NCBI GenBank assembly: GCA_027355945.1
Contig: DAIEHA010000007.1
Coordinates: forward strand, 1-44,499
Direction of reading: 5' to 3'
Source of the DNA: Candidatus Parcubacteria bacterium
Lineage (GTDB): Bacteria > Patescibacteriota > Minisyncoccia > UBA6257 > 2-01-FULL-56-20
DNA length: 44,499 nucleotides
Shown here: positions 1-9,264 of the stretch, in pieces
Position numbering within the stretch: the first letter of the stretch is position 1
Layout of the letters: each line of letters begins with the position of its first letter
Made by a program: the position numbers and the translations under genes
The notes under the pieces: generated by a model
What the model was told of the DNA's origin: nothing
Databases searched by the model: none
The model's input: the letters and a program-made list of their open reading frames with translations, nothing else

Positions 1-2
1 CC

Positions 3-167
3 GATCCTCTGATGCGGGACGTCGCCCTCGCTATGTACCGCAAGGAGCTTGCGCTCTTCCGGGACGTGCGGCTCCGTTTTAAAAAACGGTGGGACGATCC
101 CCGTGCGTTCCTCCAATCGCTCCGGGCCGGAGCACGGGCGAGCACACCGATGAAAGCGTGCCGCTGA
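3..167 (+). CDS. 3' end of a hypothetical protein, truncated by the window edge
   Basis: Frame open from position 3 (DPLMRDVALAMYRKEL...KACR) to TGA at 165-167, followed by a terminator-like hairpin. Confidence 0.5.
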   Translation, partial: DPLMRDVALAMYRKELALFRDVRLRFKKRWDDPRAFLQSLRAGARASTPMKACR

Positions 168-181
168 ACCATTCGGCCTTT

Positions 182-207
182 GCCCTGCATATCTGCGGGG
201 CTTTTTT
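182..207 (+). terminator. Rho-independent terminator
   Basis: gccctgca-tatc-tgcggggc stem (G-U wobble pairs) followed by tttttt. Confidence 0.7.
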
Positions 208-234
208 CTGCAATAGCCCCCCCGCACCCATATA

Positions 235-263
235 TTGACAAATGTGTTTTAATATGTAATAAT
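235..263 (+). promoter_or_regulatory. sigma70-type promoter for the 324..1043 ORF
   Basis: TTGACA at 235-240, with TAATAAT at 257-263, in an AT-rich intergenic patch. Confidence 0.6.
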
Positions 264-323
264 TTTCTCTAGGTCCTTGAGACCCCATTCCACCGCCCCA
301 AGGGGCAGAAAGAGAGGGCTGAG

Positions 324-1043
324 ATGCAGCCCATTTTCATAGCATGTACCGCAGGAGTTATGGACGGAAAGGCGCGGTGCCGCAACGAACGCGGCAAGTG
401 CTCCGTTCACGCCCGGCCAGAGTACTGGAGCCCGGCGCCGGAGCCTTCAGCGATCCTGCTGAAGGTAAACGTCAACGAACGCTGGGAACGCCGCCTGTTG
501 GCCGCCGGCATCACGATCCAAACGCGCACGTACGATCGTGCGCTCCAGCTCGAGGAACGCCGCGTGGCGTCCGCCTCCGCGCTCGGACGGAATGCGTATT
601 CCGTTCGGGAACTTTCGGGCCGCGATTCACACCACACGCCCGAGGCAGCGGACACGGGATGTCCCGTGTTCGGAAAGACCGGACTTTCAGAAATGAAGGT
701 GTCGGTCGCCGAGCTCATCAACGAGTTCTTCGCCGCAGGGTTTGTGCTCACGGGAGCGCATCTTCTCCGACGCGAGCATAAGCCGCCGGTGCGGCTGGTG
801 CTCGAATTCTCCAGGCCGTCATCGAAACCGGCACTCGCCCGCTTTCCCTGGAGCGCGGTGCGGGAGCTCCTCGAAACGTCGTTCGACCAGATTGACGTCT
901 GGGCGAACGAAACTGCGGCCGACGGTAAAACGGTGCACACCGTGAACTGCGGCCGTCGCGCGGATGGGGCAGCGTCAAAACTCCTTCTGCGGTATGCAGG
1001 CGGGACATGGGGGGTCGAAGAGGTTGCAGTTGCAACTTCTTGA
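324..1043 (+). CDS. hypothetical protein with N-terminal C-x10-C-x6-C-x2-H putative Zn finger
   Basis: 239-aa ORF with purine-rich RBS (agagaggg), its own promoter and a downstream hairpin; motif CTAGVMDGKARCRNERGKCSVH. Confidence 0.7.
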   Translation: MQPIFIACTAGVMDGKARCRNERGKCSVHARPEYWSPAPEPSAILLKVNVNERWERRLLAAGITIQTRTYDRALQLEERRVASASALGRNAYSVRELSGRDSHHTPEAADTGCPVFGKTGLSEMKVSVAELINEFFAAGFVLTGAHLLRREHKPPVRLVLEFSRPSSKPALARFPWSAVRELLETSFDQIDVWANETAADGKTVHTVNCGRRADGAASKLLLRYAGGTWGVEEVAVATS

Positions 1044-1069
1044 TTCTTGAGCTTCTTCCAATCACGATC

Positions 1070-1111
1070 AAGGGCCGTCATTGCGCATGCAATGCCGGCC
1101 CTTCACTTTTT
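1070..1111. terminator. hairpin terminator between convergent genes
   Basis: aagggccgtcattgc-gcat-gcaatgccggccctt inverted repeat followed by cacttttt. Confidence 0.65.
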
Positions 1112-1168
1112 ATATATTCCTTCATTTATCCGCCGCGGCGCCGCCTCGGATGCTCGCGCGTATCCGCC

Positions 1169-2605
1169 TTACTCCCCTCCCTCACCCGCATCAATATCCG
1201 CCTGGCGCCGCGCGAGCACCGTCCTGAACCGCGCGAGCACGGGCGCAAGCGTACCATCCCCGAGGATCGCCTTCGGATCGACGCTCTCCATGGAAATGCC
1301 CGGCACCACGGGGAGTCCCGACGCAAGAGAGAATATATTCATAAGAAAACTTGTGGCGTACGATCCCTTCGGGAGGAAGAACGATACCGCCCCCACATTC
1401 CCTTCGAACGATGCCTTATGGATATCGACCGTCTGCAGCGTCGCGCATTTCCGCGATTCGACCCTCACGAACGGGAAATCCCTCCAGGAACGCGCAGGAA
1501 GCGAAACGCCGTCGCGCGCGAGATATTCCGCATAAGGCTTCCAATCCTCCTGCCGGAACGACGTAAGGAACGGCAGTTCGAGCGGCACCTCGCCCGACCG
1601 GATGAGTGCCGAAAGTCTCTCATTGAAGAGAAGGCTGTCATACGCATAGAACCACAATCGCACCTGGTCCGGCACCTCCCGGAGCGCTCCCAAAAAATCG
1701 TCCGGCCGTTCCATGAGATGCGCCACGAAGGTCCGTTCTATGCCGAAGTGGTATGGGAATCGGTCGAACGCCTCCCGGAGCGCGCGCCAGTCGCCCCATC
1801 GCCCCTCCGCATCCTCCCGGATCGCCGCAAAGTAGGGTAGTTCGCGCGGAGACCGATGCGTGACGAACGCCTTCACGACATTCTCATACCTCCCCTGCAC
1901 GAGGAGACGGCCAAGCTCGTGCGCGATGAGCCTCGGCGTGCCGAAACGCTGAAGGTAGAAGAAATTCCAGAATCCCTCCTCCTTCGCGATCGCCAGCTGT
2001 TCTTCCACGAGATCCTTCGCCGCCCCCGTGAGCGGTTCGGCGAACCTCAGTGCGATCGTGAACTTGTTCCCTTTAAGATCCCCGTTCGCCATCGCACCCT
2101 TTCCTCGTCGGATATCCCTCAACAACAGATTCTCCTCGTGTACGCGCGCAAGCGCATCCCGGTCCGCAAGCCCTCGGATGCTGATCGCCTGCGATGTGAG
2201 TGCAAGGCGATCCTTCACACCCGCGAAGCCGATGTTCTTCCCTTCGATCCCGAGCACATGTGCAAGCTGGTCTTTCGCCTCGAGCGTGGATATCCCCACC
2301 TTCACGAGGTCCGCATAATACGTACTCCCTTCCTCCTCCTCGGCCGACACGGAAACAGACTCTTCTTCCGCTGTCGCGGCATGCACCCTCCCGTCGCGGC
2401 CCACCTCCTCCACGATGAAATCCTGCGGCATCAATTTCAGATATGCCGCAGGCCTCCCCGCCGGCAGGCCGTCGATGCCCACCGTACGGAGCACCTCGTC
2501 ATCATCGATCATCGGCGGCCGTATAAAAAGCTCCGGCGCGTTCCTCCGTTCCGCCTCAAAGAGCGCCCGTTCGCGCTCACGCTCCTCGTCCGTGATCCTC
2601 ATCAT
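1169..2605 (-). CDS. truD: tRNA pseudouridine(13) synthase TruD/Pus7 family
   Basis: Motifs PQDFIVEE, FAGVKDRLALTSQ (catalytic Asp), GDLKGNKFTI, NFFYLQRFG, FFLPKGSYAT. Confidence 0.93.
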   Translation of the reverse strand: MMRITDEERERERALFEAERRNAPELFIRPPMIDDDEVLRTVGIDGLPAGRPAAYLKLMPQDFIVEEVGRDGRVHAATAEEESVSVSAEEEEGSTYYADLVKVGISTLEAKDQLAHVLGIEGKNIGFAGVKDRLALTSQAISIRGLADRDALARVHEENLLLRDIRRGKGAMANGDLKGNKFTIALRFAEPLTGAAKDLVEEQLAIAKEEGFWNFFYLQRFGTPRLIAHELGRLLVQGRYENVVKAFVTHRSPRELPYFAAIREDAEGRWGDWRALREAFDRFPYHFGIERTFVAHLMERPDDFLGALREVPDQVRLWFYAYDSLLFNERLSALIRSGEVPLELPFLTSFRQEDWKPYAEYLARDGVSLPARSWRDFPFVRVESRKCATLQTVDIHKASFEGNVGAVSFFLPKGSYATSFLMNIFSLASGLPVVPGISMESVDPKAILGDGTLAPVLARFRTVLARRQADIDAGEGGE

Positions 2606-2715
2606 TACAGGAATTATCGCATAATGCGCTCTCGCATGGAATCGGAGCGCGGCCGACGTGCTTCATCCCCCGTGCGAGGCCGGGTTCATCGCCCCCTCCC
2701 CGAAACGCATGGATG

Positions 2716-3633
2716 CTATTTCTCGAAAATCAGGAGATGATGGATGTCGCGGATGGTCGGCTGATCATACCCGAGATCCCTTGACTCAACGACGCGCCAT
2801 CCATGCGCTTTGAACCTATCCTCCCATCCTTTCGGCGTCTCATAGGTGCCGGGGACCGGGACGTCGGCATCATGGAAAAGCCGGTTATACAGATAATCGT
2901 TCGCGAACGTACGCTCGGCATCTTTCTCGATCTCCTCCTCATCCTCCCCCGTCGGTACGGTTTCGATCACCACCAATCGCTTCGCTGCGATCCTTGAAAG
3001 CTCCTCGAGGATGATCTCGTTGTTCTTCTCATGGTGCGCGACATTCGTCATGAGTACGGCCTCGTATCCGCCGTCAGCCGAATCGACGTGCTTGTTGCTG
3101 AAGATCCTCACGGGGATCGTCACGCCGGCCGCCTTATAGTCCCTCACATCGCCGCCCTCGATGTCGAGATGCAGCTCGGGATCATCGTGCAGACGCTGTG
3201 CGACCTGTCCATCGCCCGTACCATAATCAAAAACCTTCCCTTTGATATCCTTGAAATACGGACGCACCTGCGATGCGATGAGTTCCGCGCGGCCCTTCAA
3301 CTTCTCGTGAAGGATGTCCACGAGATTCTTCGTGCCGCTGCCGTCATCGATATGGATGCCGTTGAACCGCGCAAGCATCTTCGCCTCGATCGCATCAAGC
3401 CGTCCTTCGCCGGAGAGCGCTGCGATCACCTCGTCGCATAATTCCTGCGCAGCAGCGCCATCAAGCCCAAGCTGCGTGAAGGTGTGGATGAAATCGCCCT
3501 CAACCCTCTTCCTGATCTCGGGATCGCCGAACGCTTCCATGAGGCGATCTTTCATCGTCCTCAGCTCCTCGGCTTTCTCCGGGGTGATATCCGCCTCATT
3601 CAGGGGAATACGATCGGGATTGTATGCATCCAT
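2716..3633 (-). CDS. class I SAM-dependent methyltransferase
   Basis: Motif I VFDYGTGDG, then GGDVRDY, YEAVLMTNVAHH, LVVIE. Confidence 0.85.
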   Translation of the reverse strand: MDAYNPDRIPLNEADITPEKAEELRTMKDRLMEAFGDPEIRKRVEGDFIHTFTQLGLDGAAAQELCDEVIAALSGEGRLDAIEAKMLARFNGIHIDDGSGTKNLVDILHEKLKGRAELIASQVRPYFKDIKGKVFDYGTGDGQVAQRLHDDPELHLDIEGGDVRDYKAAGVTIPVRIFSNKHVDSADGGYEAVLMTNVAHHEKNNEIILEELSRIAAKRLVVIETVPTGEDEEEIEKDAERTFANDYLYNRLFHDADVPVPGTYETPKGWEDRFKAHGWRVVESRDLGYDQPTIRDIHHLLIFEK

Positions 3634-3824
3634 GGTGATAATACCTCCATCATATCAAACCGGTCCCTGCCGGTAAACACAAGGCCTCTTTGCGTATGCA
3701 GTATTTTTTAATTGGTCCGAACGCACTTCGCCGCCGCAGGCGGCGAGGAAGTCCCCCCGCGAAAATTCGGAAAGGCGGCGGAGCCGCACCGATGACAATT
3801 TCGAGGTTTCTTTTGCGGAATTCC

Positions 3825-4448
3825 CTATGAAATCAATTCGGGATTCATCTTCAAAAATTCGTCTTGAGTATTTATACCGATACCCATTTTCGATTTCTCC
3901 TTGTCATCACCTCCGGTATAAAGAGTCATATGAGCCGGAGGAGCTTCGAGATCAGTGCCGAGAATAGCATTCAACTTATCATAAAAAATCTTCATGCCAG
4001 GCAAACTTACCATTTGTATATACGATTCTCTCCGCTCTCTTAATTCTGCGCCTTTATTTTTAGGGTCGGGAGAAATATATTCTTTTTCTATGTGGTATCT
4101 TTGGGGTTCAAGAACAAAACTAAAATCAGTTTCCTCCACAAGTGCTTTTATTTGTTCGAGAGCACTTTGTCTTTCCGACTCCGGTAATGCGTTGAGGGCT
4201 TTCTTAACCTCTCTACCATTTTTAAACCCCAAAACCGTAATATGGAACTCGCCTTTTTGCGTAAATCCATTTTTGTCAGCCATTTCCTGTATGCCGCTCA
4301 AATCTACGGCACCCTTATCAATACCGATAAGTAAGGTATTTTTACCGTCTTCAAAAGTTCTCTTTTCTGGAGTGATGGAACCTCTCTCTTGTCCTTCCGG
4401 TGTGGGGGTTTCTTGCGGAGGATTGTTAAGCGGATTTTTGATGCTCAT
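3825..4448 (-). CDS. 2H phosphoesterase superfamily protein
   Basis: Two HxT motifs about 105 aa apart (EFHITVL, PAHMTLY); start reassigned to ATG at 4448 (MSIKNPL); AT-rich codon usage. Confidence 0.75.
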   Translation of the reverse strand: MSIKNPLNNPPQETPTPEGQERGSITPEKRTFEDGKNTLLIGIDKGAVDLSGIQEMADKNGFTQKGEFHITVLGFKNGREVKKALNALPESERQSALEQIKALVEETDFSFVLEPQRYHIEKEYISPDPKNKGAELRERRESYIQMVSLPGMKIFYDKLNAILGTDLEAPPAHMTLYTGGDDKEKSKMGIGINTQDEFLKMNPELIS

Positions 4449-4812
4449 AGAGTTGATTGGTTGATTATTAAAAAGGATTTTATGGTTTGGATCAAAATTT
4501 TTTCTTCTCCCTAAATATGATTCGATCCGCTGGTTTTCTTCGTGGTGCCCCCTCGTGGTCTCGGATTGTAGGCATCGCCCCATTGAGCACGTCCCACAAG
4601 CACTTTTGATGATCGCATTCCGCCCTCCTTTGTTTCTCTCTTAAAGCACCTCGGTCACAACGAGACCTAAAGATATGACGATTCGGGATTACCCTTGCCA
4701 TAATGGCGTATCCCTTGCGTGGGGATATACGCTTTTTCGTTAACATTATACTCTGCCTTTCCTTCCATGTAGGCATTTTAGCACTAAAATCCGGCTTTTC
4801 AAACATATAATA

Positions 4813-4841
4813 TTGACGAATATGATGTATAATGCTATAAT
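4813..4841 (+). promoter_or_regulatory. near-consensus sigma70 promoter with extended -10
   Basis: TTGACG(4813-4818)-17 bp-TATAAT(4836-4841), TG at 4833-4834; AGGAG RBS before ATG 4878. Confidence 0.8.
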
Positions 4842-4877
4842 ACAATCCGTCCTCAAATTCACATCAGGAGAGTAATC

Positions 4878-5510
4878 ATGTCCCTTCTCGTATGCCGTGT
4901 GACGTTAGCGGCTCCACGACTCGTTCTTCGTCACGCGATCGGTGATACGAGTGGAGACATTCCCCTCTACTCGCTGCACCGCATTCGGCGCATGATGAAA
5001 AAACAGCCACCCGCCGTAAGCGACCAGCTGCAAACCTGGTTGATGCGCAGCCTGATCGCCGCGAATCTCGAATATAAAGAGAAAAGCGGGAATGATTGGA
5101 GCTGTCTCACCTCTAATAATCTGATTGATGCCATAGAAGCGACCGACCGGAGGATCGGCGGCGCAATCGAAGGCATCAATGACATTCCAAAAGAATGGGG
5201 AGGAATTCGAGAAAAGCTTTTTCAGAAGCTCCACAACGGACAGCGGGAGAGCGTCCTGACCATGAAGCAGTGGTTCGAGAGCAATTTCGAATCTCTGCAG
5301 TACGTCATGGACGGGAAGATCCCCTATCCGATAGTCCTCCGGCTTCGTCGCGGGCTCAGTCAATGGATCGCGGGCATATCCAATCCCTTTGGGCAAGACA
5401 TCGAAGAGATGATCATGGATGTCGCATCCAAAGAAGGCATCACGGCAGAGACCGCGGAGGATGCGTGGAAGCGCATGGGTGGAACGCTCTTCTCTACCAA
5501 TGATGACTAG
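4878..5510 (+). CDS. hypothetical protein, predicted helical
   Basis: 210-aa ORF with promoter, RBS and terminator; no motif recognised. Confidence 0.7.
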   Translation: MSLLVCRVTLAAPRLVLRHAIGDTSGDIPLYSLHRIRRMMKKQPPAVSDQLQTWLMRSLIAANLEYKEKSGNDWSCLTSNNLIDAIEATDRRIGGAIEGINDIPKEWGGIREKLFQKLHNGQRESVLTMKQWFESNFESLQYVMDGKIPYPIVLRLRRGLSQWIAGISNPFGQDIEEMIMDVASKEGITAETAEDAWKRMGGTLFSTNDD

Positions 5511-5520
5511 TAGTCGACTT

Positions 5521-5559
5521 GCGGCCCGTTCAAGGTAAAACCTTGCGGGCTGTTTTCTT
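5521..5559 (+). terminator. Rho-independent terminator
   Basis: gcggcccg-ttcaagg-taaaa-ccttg-cgggctgt stem followed by tttctt. Confidence 0.65.
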
Positions 5560-5788
5560 ATAACATCAGGGCCATCGCAATTCCTCTCGCTAAGACACCC
5601 ACCACCACAGATCCTTTTTTGTTCGCTACCATAAGTTCAGCATTTTACTCAACCGTCCCACGTTCAAACAGTTTCTATTATTTGAAAATATTCCATCGGA
5701 GCTATAAACTCATGTTTCAATTCCTGGCCGGCTCCTGTTTGACGCACTTCAACATAGCATTTATGCCTCATGGCCCGGTCTCGCTGCG

Positions 5789-5863
5789 TGGTGCTCTCGC
5801 GTGGAATCGAACCACGATCACCTCCTTCGGAGGGAGATATTCTATCCATTGAACTACGAGAGC
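5789..5863 (-). tRNA. tRNA-Arg(CCG), CCA encoded
   Basis: Minus strand GCTCTCGTAGTTCAATGGATAGAATATCTCCCTCCGAAGGAGGTGATCGTGGTTCGATTCCACGCGAGAGCACCA: acceptor stem, D-loop TGG, anticodon loop CTCCGAA, T-loop GTTCGATTC. Confidence 0.96.
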
Positions 5864-5912
5864 GCTGCATGGATGCCTTCGCACATATACCCCAGGACTC
5901 CGGCACCGCTTA

Positions 5913-7088
5913 CTAATGTACTACAAACGAGGCGATCTCGTAAACCGCGGCGGCGGCAAAGACCGCAGCGGCGAGATCGAGGAATGTCCTCTCGGCGCGC
6001 GTAAGGGAGAGCGCCCGGCGCCCCACCGAAATGATGAGGATGTACTGGACCGCAAGGAACACGCCCCCCACGATCCCCACGACCGCAAGGAAATCCTTGA
6101 GTCCGAACCCGATGAGCGCCGGAGGGACGAACATGATGATCGCACGCACGAAACTCTTGTTCCAGCCGAGATCCTTCTCGAGGGAATTCCGTATCTCCCG
6201 GGAGATGGGGATGTATGCCGTCCCCACCGCGATGAGCCCCATCAGCGCTCCCACTTCGCGCTCCCAGAGTGGCCATCCCGCGAGGCCCGAGGCGGTATCG
6301 GGCGTGATCACGGGAGCGGATCCGAGGATGCCCGCGGAAAAAAGCGTATAGAGCAGCGCGGCGAAGAAGGTTCCCTGCGCGAGTGCCACCCATGGAATGC
6401 GCTCTTTGGGGGATGAGGGGCTCGGCGCGGGCGTTCCCGTGCGCTCCGCTTCCGCCGCGGCCGCGGCACGCCGGGCCTCATAGACGGTCTCGATACCGGT
6501 CCATCCCGCGAGGGAGAAGAGCACCGCGCCAAAGGGAAGGAAAAAGGAATGCGGGTCCAAGAATGGCGCACCCGCAAAAAGCGCGCCGCCCGACAGGATC
6601 CTCGGGAACGCCGCCGAGAACATGGCGATCACCGCCGCCGCGGTGGCGGTGATACCCGCGAGCTCGAGCTCCCGCGCATAGCGGTTCGTGAGGAACAGCG
6701 GAACGGAGATAAGCGCCCAGAACGCAATGAATGCGAACCTCCAGGATACCCCGGGGAATGCGAGACGGATGAATTCCGCGCCAAGGAGCAGATAGGCGAG
6801 GAGCGTGAGAAGGAGGCCTCCGACGATCGCGGCAAGCGCGATCCAGAATCCCTCCCTGCCGAAATACGTCCGGGCAAGACCCACGAGGCGCTTCTTCTCA
6901 TCCTCCTTTTCGAGCGTCTCAAGATAGACGCGATGCGCAAGCACCACGATCGCTCCCAGTACCGCGAAATAACAGAGCGCCACGAACCATCCTGCGCGCA
7001 CGAACACATACGGAAGGGCGAAGATCCCGTCCCCCACCGTTGCGGCCGTCACGAGGGCCGCCATCTCGAGCCGCTTCATCGACGCCAT
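5913..7088 (-). CDS. amino-acid permease (aromatic amino acid/HAAAP-like, APC superfamily)
   Basis: About 11 hydrophobic segments; TM1 motif TVGDGIFALPY; PFGAVLFSLAG. Confidence 0.85.
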   Translation of the reverse strand: MASMKRLEMAALVTAATVGDGIFALPYVFVRAGWFVALCYFAVLGAIVVLAHRVYLETLEKEDEKKRLVGLARTYFGREGFWIALAAIVGGLLLTLLAYLLLGAEFIRLAFPGVSWRFAFIAFWALISVPLFLTNRYARELELAGITATAAAVIAMFSAAFPRILSGGALFAGAPFLDPHSFFLPFGAVLFSLAGWTGIETVYEARRAAAAAEAERTGTPAPSPSSPKERIPWVALAQGTFFAALLYTLFSAGILGSAPVITPDTASGLAGWPLWEREVGALMGLIAVGTAYIPISREIRNSLEKDLGWNKSFVRAIIMFVPPALIGFGLKDFLAVVGIVGGVFLAVQYILIISVGRRALSLTRAERTFLDLAAAVFAAAAVYEIASFVVH

Positions 7089-7103
7089 TGTCGCCGCGTT
7101 CCG

Positions 7104-7781
7104 TTACCCGTTCGCGCGTCGCGCGAACAGCTTTGCCTCGTCCACCAATATATCCTTCTCATCCTGGCGTACACGGGCAAGCACCTTTTTGACAAGGGAC
7201 TCCGGATCCGGATCGAACGTCACTTTGCCCATGCCGCGATGCGCGATCTTCAGGATCTTCTCGATCTCATCGCTCTCGCCGCCGCTTCCAGTAAGGACGC
7301 CCTGGGGCTTCTGATCCTCGAATGCGATCGTGAACTCGTTCAGCGTACCCACGCGTCCGAATACGGTGATGACCGCATCCGCGGAACGGATGAGGAGGAG
7401 GTTGCGCCCCGAATAGTCGAATCCCGTATAAATGATGAGGTCATGATATTCCACGGGAAGCCGATAGGTCTTCACGTGCGCGATCTTCGACACTGCCGGC
7501 GAAATGCCTATCACGATGCCGCCCGCCTCCTTCGCTCCCTTCGCAGCCCAGTACGGTACGCCGGTCGTCGCGCCCGTCACGAGCACCGCGCCCTGCTTCG
7601 CCACCTGACGTCCCACCTCCATCGCTTTCTCGATCGTGCCCGGAGGGGCATAGGTCATATCTGCAGCGCCCGAAATGCATACTTTGAATTTAAGATGCGC
7701 CTTCCCAAGCTCTGAAAGCGGCCTCTTTTTCTTCGTCGCATCCTTCTTTCCCTTTTCATTCCTGCTCGTTGCGTGTGCCAT
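7104..7781 (-). CDS. LOG/SLOG family nucleotide-binding protein (TIGR00725-like)
   Basis: LVTGATTGVP, AKEAGGIVIGISP, GRNLLLIRSADAVI, GTLNEF. Confidence 0.88.
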   Translation of the reverse strand: MAHATSRNEKGKKDATKKKRPLSELGKAHLKFKVCISGAADMTYAPPGTIEKAMEVGRQVAKQGAVLVTGATTGVPYWAAKGAKEAGGIVIGISPAVSKIAHVKTYRLPVEYHDLIIYTGFDYSGRNLLLIRSADAVITVFGRVGTLNEFTIAFEDQKPQGVLTGSGGESDEIEKILKIAHRGMGKVTFDPDPESLVKKVLARVRQDEKDILVDEAKLFARRANG

Positions 7782-7829
7782 CGTTATGCGTGTAATATTG
7801 TTTGTTTGCGTCGTTGTCGTACGAATGGA

Positions 7830-9200
7830 TCAGAGCACCACTTCCTCCCCCGGCGTAGGCACCTCGGCGGGGATCCCGAACCGCTCCGTGATCTTTCCCG
7901 CAAGCGCCGCGGACGAAGGGCCTTCCCCCTGCACCACAAATGCCTTTTTGAGATGCGCGATGGCACCCACCCAATCGAGGAGATGCGGCTGGTCGGCATG
8001 GGCGGAATAACCGGGAATATCCACCCGCTTCGCCCGCACCGGGATCGTCTCCCCGAAGATCTTCACCTCGTCCACTCCCGCGAGGAGCTGCCGTCCCATC
8101 GATCCCTCCGCTTGATATCCGACGAACACGATCGTGCTTTTCGGGTCCGGAAGATAGCGCATCTCATGATGGAGGATGCGCCCGCCGTTCGACATTCCCG
8201 ATCCCGCAATGATGATCTTGGGCGGCTTCACGTCATTGATCTCCTTCGATTGTTCGGTGGTGAGCGTGAGGCGCAGACCCGGGAAGTTGAGGATGTCGTC
8301 GCCCGTGCGGGCGATGACCTGCTCGAGCTCGGTATTGAAATATTCCTCGTGCTTCTTATAGACCGCCGTCAGCCGTATCGCGAGCGGGCTGTCGATGAAG
8401 ACGGGCACGCGAGGGATCTCGTTCGCCTGGAACATCTGATGGAGTTGGAAGAGGAGGTCCTGTGTGCGCTCCATCGCGAATGCGGGGATCATGAGCGTAC
8501 CCCCCGCATGGACGGTCTCGACGATCGCGCTCCGAAGGAGCTCCTGCCGGCGCCCCACGTCCTCGTGCACCCGGTCGCCATAGGTCGATTCCACGAGGCA
8601 ATAGTCCGCATCCGGCACCGTCTCGGTCGGTTTGATGATCGGCGCAGGGGAATTCCCAAGATCCCCCGAAAATGCGATCGTCTTCCCCTCCGCCTCGGCG
8701 CGCACGTGTACGATCGCCGAACCGAGGATATGCCCTGCATCGTACAATTCCACCGTGAACGCAGGCTTCTCCGACGATCCTCCCACCGTCACCTTTTCGT
8801 GGTACTTGAGGCCCTTCCACTGGCGCATCACTTCCTCTATCTCCGTGTTGTTATAGAGCGGAGGCCTCCCTTCGCGCTTCGCTTCGTCCTTCAGAAGATG
8901 CTCGGAATCGATGAGCATGAGCTCCGCAAAGTCCTCGGTGGCCGTCGTCGCATAGATAGGCCCCCGGTACCCCGCCTTCACGAGGGACGGCAGCCGTCCG
9001 ATATGGTCCAGATGCGAGTGCGTGATGAACACCGCCGCGATCTCCTTCACGTCATACGGGAACGGCTCGAAGTTCTCGCGTTCGGCATAGTGGCTTCCTT
9101 GATGGAGGCCGCAATCGATCATTATTTTCGTCCCCTCCGATTCGAGCACATAGTTCGCACCGGTTGCCTCGCCGCAGCCTCCGTAAAAAGTAAGTTTCAT
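7830..9200 (-). CDS. MBL-fold beta-CASP ribonuclease (YSH1-like)
   Basis: THSHLDHIG, AGHILGS, FSGDLG, ESTYG, GSGMSNGGRI, YSAHADQ. Confidence 0.93.
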   Translation of the reverse strand: MKLTFYGGCGEATGANYVLESEGTKIMIDCGLHQGSHYAERENFEPFPYDVKEIAAVFITHSHLDHIGRLPSLVKAGYRGPIYATTATEDFAELMLIDSEHLLKDEAKREGRPPLYNNTEIEEVMRQWKGLKYHEKVTVGGSSEKPAFTVELYDAGHILGSAIVHVRAEAEGKTIAFSGDLGNSPAPIIKPTETVPDADYCLVESTYGDRVHEDVGRRQELLRSAIVETVHAGGTLMIPAFAMERTQDLLFQLHQMFQANEIPRVPVFIDSPLAIRLTAVYKKHEEYFNTELEQVIARTGDDILNFPGLRLTLTTEQSKEINDVKPPKIIIAGSGMSNGGRILHHEMRYLPDPKSTIVFVGYQAEGSMGRQLLAGVDEVKIFGETIPVRAKRVDIPGYSAHADQPHLLDWVGAIAHLKKAFVVQGEGPSSAALAGKITERFGIPAEVPTPGEEVVL

Positions 9201-9264
9201 ATGGAAATTATACCACGGACGCCTCCCGCAGAGACCTCCCCGGCACGCACGCGCACCGTCGCGC

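Larger units (their letters stand above)
3712..5788. mobile_element. degenerate tRNA-associated islet or integration remnant, no integrase present
   Basis: Visibly lower GC than the flanks, lies directly 3' of tRNA-Arg, has a 15/18 copy of the tRNA 3' end at 4541-4558, and carries only orphan genes. Confidence 0.5.

Noticed and set aside
4492-4845. 117-aa minus-strand ORF and the 45-aa N-terminal extension of the 2H gene
   Set aside because: Overlap the plus-strand promoter and the att-like repeat; no motif or RBS
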